A stretch of 32,000 bases of DNA, from assembly GCA_021498095.1 (NCBI GenBank), contig JAIZWK010000001.1, positions 660,001 to 692,000 of the forward strand, read 5' to 3'. Below, piece by piece: positions 1-9,131 of the stretch (the first letter of the stretch is position 1; each line of letters begins with the position of its first letter). Both the position numbers and the translations under genes were made by a program. This stretch comes from Candidatus Harpocratesius repetitus (GTDB lineage Archaea; Asgardarchaeota; Lokiarchaeia; Sigyniarchaeales; Promethearchaeaceae). The notes beneath the pieces are model-generated. The model saw nothing but the letters and a program-made list of their open reading frames with translations. It was not told the origin of the DNA and searched no databases.

Positions 1-1
1 G

Positions 2-1198
2 GGGGAATACTATTACATATTGGCTGGGATAATATATTGTAATTGTTTCACCTACTTGAAAATTATGTACGGCTACTCTTGTCGTAGGAATTTCTATTTT
101 TATCAATTTTTTAGGGGGTTCTAAAGATAATTCAACACAATGATTTTTCATTGAATGAGTTTTATTTCCATTTACAAAAGTCTCCAATTGATATGGTGCC
201 AACATTTCAATCCTAAGCCACGCGCCCATGAACTTTACGCGATTTACTTTTCCAACAATACTATTTGTCTTATCTTGACGCCGCTTATGACGTGCTTGAA
301 AGTATTGCGATCTAATCAAAAAAGTAACTTTATCACCGATCTCAAAATTCTTTTCTGTTTTGGCAAATAAAAAGAAACCTTCTTTGGTCTGAATAACAAC
401 ACGCTGTAAGGGTTTACCTTTAAATCCAATCTTTTCCACCATTCGCACTTCTACTACTTTACCATTGAAATAATTCATTTCAGTTGAGAAAAAATTAGCT
501 ACAAACAAATCAACAGGTTCATATAATATCTCTTGAGGTGTTCCAATCTGACGAATTCTTCCTTGATCTAAAACAACAATCCGATCTCCCATCATTGCTT
601 CTTGCATATCATTCGTGACGTGCACGGTTGTCATTTGTAATTCCTTACTTTTTGCAATCTTTCGTACTTCTCGCCGTAAATTCATTCGAAGTCCAGCATC
701 TAGTGCTTTAAATGGTTCATCTAAAATAAGCAATCCTTTTTGTTCTAAAGCCATTATAGCCCGAGCAAGAGCAATTCGCTGCTGCATCCCTCCAGAACAT
801 TCATGAGGAAGGGCAGAGCCGCGACCTTCTAATCTTACTAGTTCTAAAACTGCTTCTCCAATTGCATATGTTTCAGTATGATTGGATTCATGCATATGAC
901 GAGCATAACAAATATTATCTAAAACAGTAAGGTGTGGAAAAAGAGCATAAGATTCAAACATCACTCCACAATGTCTTTCATATGGTGGAAAATGTGTTAC
1001 ATCAACACCATCAAATAGAATTTGACCTTTAGTTGGTTGATAAAGTCCAGATAAAAGACCAACTAAGCTTGTTTTTCCTGCTCCTGTCGGTCCCACAATT
1101 GTTAAATATTCTTGATCTTCAATAATTAAATTAATATCATGTAAGATTTCAACCTTATTTTGAATAAATGATACGTGTCTGAGTTCTACTCTAACCAT
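2..1198 (-). CDS. ABC transporter ATP-binding subunit (second ATPase of the operon), 3'-truncated by the window edge; not in the ORF track
   Basis: Manual translation from ATG at 1196-1198: MVRVELRHVSF..., Walker A GPTGAGKT, Q-loop region GVMFESYALFP, signature CSGGMQQR, Walker B LLILDEP, H-loop region VHVTND, then a TOBE-like C-terminus. No in-frame stop before position 1. Confidence 0.95.
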   Translation of the reverse strand, partial: MVRVELRHVSFIQNKVEILHDINLIIEDQEYLTIVGPTGAGKTSLVGLLSGLYQPTKGQILFDGVDVTHFPPYERHCGVMFESYALFPHLTVLDNICYARHMHESNHTETYAIGEAVLELVRLEGRGSALPHECSGGMQQRIALARAIMALEQKGLLILDEPFKALDAGLRMNLRREVRKIAKSKELQMTTVHVTNDMQEAMMGDRIVVLDQGRIRQIGTPQEILYEPVDLFVANFFSTEMNYFNGKVVEVRMVEKIGFKGKPLQRVVIQTKEGFFLFAKTEKNFEIGDKVTFLIRSQYFQARHKRRQDKTNSIVGKVNRVKFMGAWLRIEMLAPYQLETFVNGNKTHSMKNHCVELSLEPPKKLIKIEIPTTRVAVHNFQVGETITIYYPSQYVIVFP

Positions 1199-1228
1199 TT
1201 TTATCACAGTTTATATAATTGTTTTTTT

Positions 1229-2371
1229 CTATTGTAGATCCATTTCTTTTTGAAGATTTTTTGGATATTTGAATAAACGAACATCATCCATAAATAATCC
1301 TATTTGAATATTGTCCCCTTCACAAAATCGATATTTGAAAGTTTCAGGCTTTGAAATTTCGATTTCATCTCCGTTATCAATTTCAATAATAAAACGTCGT
1401 TCTTTTCCAGTATGGAATTTAGACTTAATTATTGCATCGGTTAAGAAAATGCCTGTCCAATCAGCTTGGGAGTTTTCAAAATCATATCCAAGAGGGAATA
1501 AATAAACATCCTCGGGGCGGAAAGCAACAATTATATTTTCATCTAAAGAAAATCTACTATATGGAGCATTAATTATGAGTTTTGGACCTCCAAGACGGAT
1601 TTTTACGTGATATACATCTGGATGATCTATATGAATAACATAACCTTCTAATATATTGATTCCTCCCAAGAAATTTCCTACAAATAATGATGTAGGATAT
1701 TTGTATAATTCATCTGGTGTGTCTTCTTGTAGAAGATGACCATCTCTCATAATTATAATGCGATCTCCTATTGCCATTGCTTCTTCTTGATTGTGAGTAA
1801 CTTGAATTGCTGTTAAATGTGCATCTTTAATAATATTTCTTAATTCCCATCTAAATTCTGCGCTTATCTTTGGATCCAATGATCCTAAGGGCTCATCCAT
1901 AATTAAAATTCGTGCTCCGCTACATATTGCTCGTGCAATACCTAATCTTTGGAGATCTCCATTTCCCCAGCCGATTGGATATTCGTCAGCACGCTCTAAT
2001 AATCCAACTATCTCTAATGCACGTTCTCCTTTTTCTATTATATAATCTCGCGAATATCCTTGGACATTAAGTGCATATGTACAATTTTCCCAGACAGTAA
2101 GGGGAAAAATATTAAAATTTTGAAAAACAAAAGCAATTCCTCGGGATTGAGGTGGTGAATCGGTAACATCAAGACCGTTAATAAAAACTCGCCCTTGCGT
2201 GGGTTGAATTAAGCCAGATATAGTACGAAGTAGTGTTGTTTTTCCACAACCACTTGGACCTAGTAAAAAAACAAAATCACCATCTCGAATGATCAAATTT
2301 ACATTATTAACTGCTATAACTTTTCCATTATCAAATATTTTGGTAATATGATCTAAGCGAATTTCGGGCAT
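1229..2371 (-). CDS. ABC transporter ATP-binding subunit (MalK/PotA/CysA-like with C-terminal TOBE-like region)
   Basis: Walker A GPSGCGKT, Q-loop FVFQNF, Walker B ILIMDEP, D-loop GSLD, H-loop VTHN. Signature is degenerate (WGNGD). Start overlaps the permease stop (TAATG). Confidence 0.95.
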   Translation of the reverse strand: MPEIRLDHITKIFDNGKVIAVNNVNLIIRDGDFVFLLGPSGCGKTTLLRTISGLIQPTQGRVFINGLDVTDSPPQSRGIAFVFQNFNIFPLTVWENCTYALNVQGYSRDYIIEKGERALEIVGLLERADEYPIGWGNGDLQRLGIARAICSGARILIMDEPLGSLDPKISAEFRWELRNIIKDAHLTAIQVTHNQEEAMAIGDRIIIMRDGHLLQEDTPDELYKYPTSLFVGNFLGGINILEGYVIHIDHPDVYHVKIRLGGPKLIINAPYSRFSLDENIIVAFRPEDVYLFPLGYDFENSQADWTGIFLTDAIIKSKFHTGKERRFIIEIDNGDEIEISKPETFKYRFCEGDNIQIGLFMDDVRLFKYPKNLQKEMDLQ

Positions 2372-4050
2372 TACAGTCCTTCCTCCTTAGTGGGTGAAAA
2401 TAAACGCAGTAGCAACAATAAAATTCCACTTAAAATTATTACTAATACACTGGCAAAAGCAGCAGATGAAAAACTGTTTTCTTCTACCCAATCAACAATT
2501 AACACTGGAATGGTGCGATCTGCCCCCATAACAATCAAGGTGGCACCTGTTTCACCTAAGCTGCGCGTAAATGCAGCAATCATGCCTGCAATTACTCCGT
2601 TTTTTATTGCTGGGAATGTTATTTTTCGAAAAGTTGTCAAACTAACCGCACCTAAGGTCGCACTTGCTTCTTCATGGCCAATATTCACCGTACGAATTGT
2701 TGCTGCAATAGGTCTAACAACATAAGGAAATGTAAAAGTCATATGGACAAAAATAATCATTTCAATACCTGGACTTGCAAGATCTAATCCTGCAGGACCC
2801 CAAAAAAGAAATACTGCAAATCCAAGTGCTGCTGAGGGGATGGTCAAAGGAATATCTAAAATTGTATCTAACACTGCATTCATTTTTCCCCATTTTTCCC
2901 GAGTTAATATAAAAGCAAATGGTATACCAAAGATAACATCAATAATCACTACAAAAAATCCGATTTGAAATGAATTAACTAAACTTGTCCATAGATGTGC
3001 CCATTTATTATCAGCTGCAAATAATTCAAGATGGATTTCATTGATATCAATCTTTGAAATAATATAGAAGGAGGGGATTAAAATGAAAATAATCATTAAA
3101 ATCCCAGCAAATACTTTCAAACCAATTGTAAATGGTTTACGAGAAAATGAATATTCAATATCATAATGAATTTGCCAAAATTTTTTAGTAGAAACATTTC
3201 TCCGAGCTAAAAGCTTGACGATAATAAGTAAAACTAAAGATATTCCAATTAGAATTAGTGAAAGGAAAGAAGCACTGGGAAGTTGTAACTGTTTCCTAAG
3301 ACTAACTACCACTATAGGTGCAGTTTCAATTAAGCCAGAGCAGATCATTGTTGCTCCTGTTTCTCCCAAACTACGAGTAAATGCAAGAATTGCACCTGCA
3401 ATTAAACCTTCTTTTATCAGTGGAAATGATATTGTCCGAAATACGGTAATTTTTGGTGCAGATAATGTCATTGCTGCTTTTTCTAATAAAGGATCAACTT
3501 TTTCAATAGCCAACTTTAGATTTCTGACAATATATGGGAATGTAAATGCGATATGAACGAAAATAACTAAAATTTTCCCAGGATTAACATTAAAAATTCT
3601 CCAAAACAGTAAAACAGAGAATCCTAAAGCACTTGTAGGAACTGCCATTGGTAGATCCACTAATGTATCTAATATTTTCTTTCCGCGAAAATTATTTCTT
3701 GTAAGTAATACTGCTATTGGAAATCCAATTAATATATCCACTCCAACAGCCAAGAATGCAGTTGAAAATGAATTCCATAAAGCAGTTTTCATTATTTGCC
3801 ATTGTAGATTCCCTAATAATTCATCAAAAAATAGTCGAGATCGAATTTCACGAATATTGTCGATTACATTGGATATTATATTAATTATAGGTGCTGCAAT
3901 TATCAAAATGAAGAAAGTAATCACAATAATTTCTAGAATTATACGATAAATTGGTTTAGAAAGCTCCTTTTCAATATTTAGCAATATTGATCTACGCTTG
4001 ATATTCTTATCTGGTAATTCTAATACAGAAGTATATAATTTTGGGGTCAT
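2371..4050 (-). CDS. ABC importer permease, two fused ModB/CysT-like transmembrane domains
   Basis: Internal duplication: DLPMAVP/DIPLTIP, FTFPYIVR/FTFPYVVR, EAA loops (LEKAAMTLSA, HEEASATLGA) and RSLGETGAT twice. About 12 hydrophobic segments. GGAG upstream of the start. Confidence 0.92.
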   Translation of the reverse strand: MTPKLYTSVLELPDKNIKRRSILLNIEKELSKPIYRIILEIIVITFFILIIAAPIINIISNVIDNIREIRSRLFFDELLGNLQWQIMKTALWNSFSTAFLAVGVDILIGFPIAVLLTRNNFRGKKILDTLVDLPMAVPTSALGFSVLLFWRIFNVNPGKILVIFVHIAFTFPYIVRNLKLAIEKVDPLLEKAAMTLSAPKITVFRTISFPLIKEGLIAGAILAFTRSLGETGATMICSGLIETAPIVVVSLRKQLQLPSASFLSLILIGISLVLLIIVKLLARRNVSTKKFWQIHYDIEYSFSRKPFTIGLKVFAGILMIIFILIPSFYIISKIDINEIHLELFAADNKWAHLWTSLVNSFQIGFFVVIIDVIFGIPFAFILTREKWGKMNAVLDTILDIPLTIPSAALGFAVFLFWGPAGLDLASPGIEMIIFVHMTFTFPYVVRPIAATIRTVNIGHEEASATLGAVSLTTFRKITFPAIKNGVIAGMIAAFTRSLGETGATLIVMGADRTIPVLIVDWVEENSFSSAAFASVLVIILSGILLLLLRLFSPTKEEGL

Positions 4051-4068
4051 TTTATTGGCTCCGTAATA

Positions 4069-5271
4069 TTAGGTACGATTTCTAGTCTTTAGCCACAAAT
4101 CGGGAATACGTGCGATAACATTTCCGTCTGTAGGAGGAAAAGTTTCAATTATTTGAGAAGGATCAGGCGTTACTCCATTCATCCAATTAAATGAAGCATT
4201 ATAAATTGATGAAATCTCAGGATCATTTAACCAAGTAGTATTAATTGGACGAAATCCTGCCTCAATGGCTCGTTCAACTAAAGACTTCTGTTGTAAAAAT
4301 CTTAAATACTCTTGAGCAACCATTTTCTGCTCATCGCTGACCCAATCTGCATCTAAAATACAAAATGGATGATCAGAAAACAAAGCCCCTTCTTTAGGAT
4401 ATATTGCAATTAATTTCTGATTCCACTTTTCCATTGCTTTTATAGCATTGTCCTTAATTAAATTCTCATATAAAATGGTAACTTGTAATGCATCAGGACC
4501 TTGAGTTAACATATATGTACCTAAAAATCCCGTTGATTTTCCATATAATACAGCTGCACTTTCGATTTCTGTCATCCATTTTGCCACAGATTCATCATAA
4601 ATCTCTTCTAAGGTAATATTTTCAGGATTCATTCCTAAAAAGGCACTAACCATCATGATTGTTGCCATAAAACCACTATTTGAACTAGTAGGATCAGTGT
4701 GAGCTAAATGAACTAATCCTGGATTGGAAACAATCAAATCGTGCAAATCATTTAATCCATTGAGATGATGTGTTGCATAAAAGTTTTCCCATGTTGCTAT
4801 AACAACGGGAGAATAAATGATTCGGGTGTAATTAGGAACTAAAGGAATATTTTTTTTTATATAGTCCATCCATTTAGCATTTAATAATGGAATCCAAAGA
4901 TTAGACGCAGGGGACCATATAACTGGTTTTATTTCCCCATTTAATAATGCTATAAGGGAATCTCCAGAACCATAGGGTTGAAAATCTAAAGCGATATCTT
5001 TAAGGGAGGGATCTTTTTGTTGAAGGGTTGCCCAATATTGCATGAAAAGTTCAGAAGATTGAGATATCCATGAGGATTTTTCACTGGAATAACTCATTGA
5101 TAAAACAATTACATCTTTTTCATTCTGTTCAAAAACCATCTTTCCCATTATCGCTCCAGCAAAAAAACCAAAAAGAATCCAGATTAGGATAGTAGAAGGA
5201 AGAATTTTTCGATGGAGATAGTTTTTTGTTCCAAAAGATCTATTTTTTTTTGCCATTATGTTCTCATCCAA
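4069..5271 (-). CDS. Membrane-anchored extracellular solute-binding protein (periplasmic-binding fold II, SBP_bac_11-like)
   Basis: N-terminal hydrophobic anchor. Motifs YSSEKSSW, GSGD, IWSPAS, SPVVIA, HTDPTSSNSG, YEN and IYPKEGALFSDHP. First gene of the ABC operon. Start may be the downstream Met (MAKK). Confidence 0.85.
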   Translation of the reverse strand: MDENIMAKKNRSFGTKNYLHRKILPSTILIWILFGFFAGAIMGKMVFEQNEKDVIVLSMSYSSEKSSWISQSSELFMQYWATLQQKDPSLKDIALDFQPYGSGDSLIALLNGEIKPVIWSPASNLWIPLLNAKWMDYIKKNIPLVPNYTRIIYSPVVIATWENFYATHHLNGLNDLHDLIVSNPGLVHLAHTDPTSSNSGFMATIMMVSAFLGMNPENITLEEIYDESVAKWMTEIESAAVLYGKSTGFLGTYMLTQGPDALQVTILYENLIKDNAIKAMEKWNQKLIAIYPKEGALFSDHPFCILDADWVSDEQKMVAQEYLRFLQQKSLVERAIEAGFRPINTTWLNDPEISSIYNASFNWMNGVTPDPSQIIETFPPTDGNVIARIPDLWLKTRNRT

Positions 5272-5389
5272 TAATTGACTTAATATAGCTATTTATGTAA
5301 GCAAATCCTAACCCGAGAGTAAATCCAAAAAAGAAAATTAAGAATATTTTAATCCGAAATAAATTCATTTCTTTGTGCTGCTTCACAAA

Positions 5390-5403
5390 TATATAAATTC
5401 GCA
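5390..5403 (-). promoter_or_regulatory. Putative archaeal BRE-TATA promoter of the ABC operon
   Basis: Minus strand reads TGCGAA-TTTATATA about 120 nt upstream of the binding-protein start. AT-rich background lowers certainty. Confidence 0.4.
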
Positions 5404-5571
5404 AGTCAATCTAAAAATTATGAATATTATTCATATGGAAGCACATGAAAATTATTTTGTTCATCTTATCCTTTAGAGCAATTTTGAAATAAAATAATGA
5501 TTTAAGGGAAAAAGAAAAGAAATTAAGTGATTAAAATTAATAGACAAAAAAAGAAAAAAGGATAGAATAAA

Positions 5572-7359
5572 TCATTCAATGACTAAGTCAATTGGACAAA
5601 ATTCTTCCACATCTATAAGCCCAATATCGCTGATTTTAAGAGAAGGAATAACTGGTAAAGCCATAAAACTTAAGGTCATAAAAATATTTTGTTCTGTAAC
5701 ACCCATTGTTTTAGCCGTTTTTTTAATATTTTCATATTTAGAAACAATATCTTGAAGTTTTTCTATGGACATTAGTCCACCAATTTGTAAAGGGAGATAA
5801 GTATATTTTCCTTGATATAAAATTGCCATTCCTCCTCCTTTTTCCTGTAGAAAATTCGCTAAATCCGCCATTTCTTGATCTGATGCACCAACTATTATCA
5901 AATTATGACTATCATGTGCGACAGTTGAAGCAAATGCACCATTAGAAAATCCTAAACCATGAATAAACCCTATAGATTTATTACCTGTATAATGATGTCT
6001 TTCAATTACAGCAATTTTCAATATATCTTGACTAAAATCTCTTTTAATAATTTTTGATGTTCCTTTACTTGAAACAGGGAGATTTTTGATAAGTTTTTTA
6101 GTAACCAAACTAATAGGGGTGATTCCAATTACATTTACTTTTGCTACTTTGTTTTTTCCTGTATAATTAACAATAAAATCTGAGGCAGTTAATTTTTGTT
6201 TTATTTTCATGCTTTTTAGAAGAATTCCATAGTCATACTCAAGATTGAAAGTAGGTGGTTTAAATTTTTGATAAACGATCTTTCCATGATGATACACAGA
6301 ATGGATTTTTAACTGTTCTAAATTATCAAGAACGATAATATTAGCACTAAATCCTGGTTTCAATTGCCCAATAGGGGGACGATTAGTTAGTTTTAAGAAT
6401 TTTTGAATATAATTCCCCGAAGTATAAGTTGCCAGTCGAATTGCTTTAATCATTGCACTTTCAAGGGTGTCTCTTCCGATCTCTCTGAATATTTCAGCAG
6501 AACGACGAATTATTCTATCAATATGTCCGAGATTAAATAAATCACTGGGGGATAAGTCATCAGAACATAAAGAACACTTATCAAGATTAATTTCTTGTTT
6601 TATTAATTCCGGAAGAATTTTATCAAGATCCTTTGTAGCACTACCATATCGAAGAGCGATATTCATACCAATCGCTAGTTTCTCAATTACTTCAGAGGCT
6701 GAAGTAGATTCATGATCATTCATGATTCGATTTTTTCCATCATTATAGCCATTTGAAGTATAAATTTTTAAATCGTCACCAAGAACTCCTGGACAATGAC
6801 CGTCTACAATCTTTCCTGAATTAAATACAAGATCAACCTTTTCACGAGCATCACCGATATTATTAATTATTCCAGGAAAATTCATCATTTCTCCAAGACC
6901 GTAAACTAAATCGTTTGAAATCAGCTCTTTTATATCTTCTATAGATATTGTTGCACCAGAATGTTCCATATGGGTTGCAGGAACACATGAAGGAATTCCT
7001 ATATACATATCTAAAGATACTTTTTGTGCTTGATCAATCCAAATCTCTAAAGCAGATTTTCCAGATATATTTGCTATTTCATGCGGATCGACTAATATTG
7101 TGGTTGTTCCGTGTTGTACTGCTATAGAACAAAATTGTAATGGAGGCATCATACTACTTTCAATATGTATATGACTTTCGATAAAGCCAGGTACTATGTA
7201 TTTTCCTTGTAGATCAATCGTTTGATGAATTGATGGAATATCTGACTTTTTAGGATTTATTGATTTGATAATATCATCTTCTATTAGAATAGAACCTTTT
7301 AAAATTTTCATAGATTCAACGTCAATAATTTTACAGTTTTTTAATAAGATATTTTTCAT
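5572..7359 (-). CDS. ade: Adenine deaminase (AdeC, amidohydrolase superfamily)
   Basis: GFIESHIHIESSM, GTTT..DPHEIAN, SCVPAT, LGEMMN, DGHCPG, DHES, SDD, AVIERH, STVAHDSHN, LSFMALPVIP. Confidence 0.96.
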   Translation of the reverse strand: MKNILLKNCKIIDVESMKILKGSILIEDDIIKSINPKKSDIPSIHQTIDLQGKYIVPGFIESHIHIESSMMPPLQFCSIAVQHGTTTILVDPHEIANISGKSALEIWIDQAQKVSLDMYIGIPSCVPATHMEHSGATISIEDIKELISNDLVYGLGEMMNFPGIINNIGDAREKVDLVFNSGKIVDGHCPGVLGDDLKIYTSNGYNDGKNRIMNDHESTSASEVIEKLAIGMNIALRYGSATKDLDKILPELIKQEINLDKCSLCSDDLSPSDLFNLGHIDRIIRRSAEIFREIGRDTLESAMIKAIRLATYTSGNYIQKFLKLTNRPPIGQLKPGFSANIIVLDNLEQLKIHSVYHHGKIVYQKFKPPTFNLEYDYGILLKSMKIKQKLTASDFIVNYTGKNKVAKVNVIGITPISLVTKKLIKNLPVSSKGTSKIIKRDFSQDILKIAVIERHHYTGNKSIGFIHGLGFSNGAFASTVAHDSHNLIIVGASDQEMADLANFLQEKGGGMAILYQGKYTYLPLQIGGLMSIEKLQDIVSKYENIKKTAKTMGVTEQNIFMTLSFMALPVIPSLKISDIGLIDVEEFCPIDLVIE

Positions 7360-7365
7360 GATAAT

Positions 7366-8079
7366 TCACTTCCCAAGATAATATTTTTCATTTACAGCGA
7401 TAATAAAAGGTAGGTAACGAAAATCATCTCCTGAGTCTATTCCATATCCTGCAACCCAGACATCAGGGATTGTAAATCCAATGTAGTCAATTTTAAGATT
7501 TAATCTTAAATTTTGGACTTCAGTTGTTGGGTTTTCCAAATTTTTATATAAAAGAGTACAAATTTTCACAGATGCGACTTTTTTCTTTCCAAGTAAAAAT
7601 CTTTGCAATTTAGATAAGGTAAAACCTTGATCGATAATATCCTCAATGATAATTATCTGTTCTCCCGAGAGATCTCCACAGTCCAATTGGATGTCTACAT
7701 CTCGAATTGTTTCGCCCTCTTTTTTAATCTCTTTCCGATAGGTTGATAATTTCATGGTAAAAAATTGAATATCTTGACCGCTTTGATGATATATTTCCCG
7801 ACCCAAGTCTGCAGCGAACATAAAAGCTCCAGTAAGAACAATTAAAAAATTATATTTTTTATTCTCCTTATTGTCTTCAATAATTTCAACAGCTAATTTT
7901 CGAATACGATTTTTAATTACATCTGCAGGAATTAGTAAATTTTTGCATCGTTCATCGTGATTTAATCTGTTGGAGAAAAATTGTTCAAAGGTTTTGGGAT
8001 TTCGATGATCTACAACGCCATCTAAAGGAACCTCAATAGTTTTTTCATAGTCTGGTAATGTTAATCTTTTTGGTGGCAT
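7366..8079 (-). CDS. hpt: Hypoxanthine-guanine phosphoribosyltransferase with N-terminal extension
   Basis: VLTGAFMFAADL, PRPP-binding IIIEDIIDQGFTL, ICTLL, IGFTIPDVWVAGYGID. Confidence 0.93.
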   Translation of the reverse strand: MPPKRLTLPDYEKTIEVPLDGVVDHRNPKTFEQFFSNRLNHDERCKNLLIPADVIKNRIRKLAVEIIEDNKENKKYNFLIVLTGAFMFAADLGREIYHQSGQDIQFFTMKLSTYRKEIKKEGETIRDVDIQLDCGDLSGEQIIIIEDIIDQGFTLSKLQRFLLGKKKVASVKICTLLYKNLENPTTEVQNLRLNLKIDYIGFTIPDVWVAGYGIDSGDDFRYLPFIIAVNEKYYLGK

Positions 8080-8106
8080 AGCTGCTTTTCATTCCTTATT
8101 TTTTAA

Positions 8107-8970
8107 TTATAAAATTGCACCGTCTCTAGCATGAGCGCATTCACAATGACGTTCTTCTGGAATCTGAGGAAGTGCAAGTTCAATTAATTTACGAAGGTTT
8201 TCAGCGTTCTTTTCCATTGTTTCTAATATTTCTTCGACGCTAACCGCAAGAGGTTTGATCTTTTGGCCACATTTTGGACAAGTATCTCCGTACATAACAA
8301 TTCCACAATTGGGACATTCACATGCCCAAACATCCAAATCAGTAACTGTTGCAATTGATGAATAGCACATATTTAACTCTGCAGCTAATACTACTTCAGG
8401 ATAGATTGTCATTCCTACAACATCACCCCCCCATTTTGCATACATTCGAGATTCTGCACGGGTTGAAAATCGAGGGCCGTTAATACATACATAAGTGCCA
8501 CCATTTTGAATGTCTAAGCCTAATTCTTTTCCTGCTTTGAAAAATATATCATTCATTTCAGGACAGAAAGGATCTGCTTGCCCAATATGACATACCTCCC
8601 CACCATCGTAAAAAGTATCTTTTCGACCTTTTGTGCGATCAATATATTGATCAATGATCACAAATACTCCTTTATCTGTTTTTGCTGTTAGTCCCCCTAC
8701 AGCACATGGAGAGAAGACTCTTTTTACTCCAAGTTCCTTCATTGCCCAAATATTGGCGCGATAGTTTAATTGGTGGGGTGGAATCTGATGATTTGGTCCA
8801 TGTCGAGATAAAAATGCCACTTTTTTTCCATTAAAGGTGCCTATTGTAATTAAATCTGAAGGTGCACCATAAGGAGTATAAATTTTATATTTTTTTGCGT
8901 TTTCTAGATGAATATCCGCTCCAGTTCCACCAATTATTCCAATTTCGATGTCATGCTTATTATAACTCAT
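8107..8970 (-). CDS. mtnP: S-methyl-5'-thioadenosine / purine nucleoside phosphorylase (MTAP family) with a Zn-ribbon insertion
   Basis: IGIIGGTG, TPYGAPSD, LSRHG, NYRANIWA, CAVG, DQYIDRT, GPRFSTRAES, VVGMT..PE, TVTDLDVW. Confidence 0.95.
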   Translation of the reverse strand: MSYNKHDIEIGIIGGTGADIHLENAKKYKIYTPYGAPSDLITIGTFNGKKVAFLSRHGPNHQIPPHQLNYRANIWAMKELGVKRVFSPCAVGGLTAKTDKGVFVIIDQYIDRTKGRKDTFYDGGEVCHIGQADPFCPEMNDIFFKAGKELGLDIQNGGTYVCINGPRFSTRAESRMYAKWGGDVVGMTIYPEVVLAAELNMCYSSIATVTDLDVWACECPNCGIVMYGDTCPKCGQKIKPLAVSVEEILETMEKNAENLRKLIELALPQIPEERHCECAHARDGAIL

Positions 8971-9131
8971 TTTTTCAACTACCTTTTCTTGTAAATAAGA
9001 GATCTTACATAATAATTAAGCGATAATGCTAATTAATGATTCTATATATTTCATTATTTTATTTAAATAGGGAAAAATCCATAAAGTACGGCGCATTATT
9101 ATTTGGTATTACTAATCTATGGATAAATAAA

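Noticed and set aside
155-3556. Plus-strand ORFs 155-370, 615-806, 1311-1505, 2390-2725 and 3215-3556
   Set aside because: Antisense shadows of the ABC transporter genes with no independent protein features.
6467-6715. Plus-strand 82-aa ORF
   Set aside because: Antisense to adenine deaminase.
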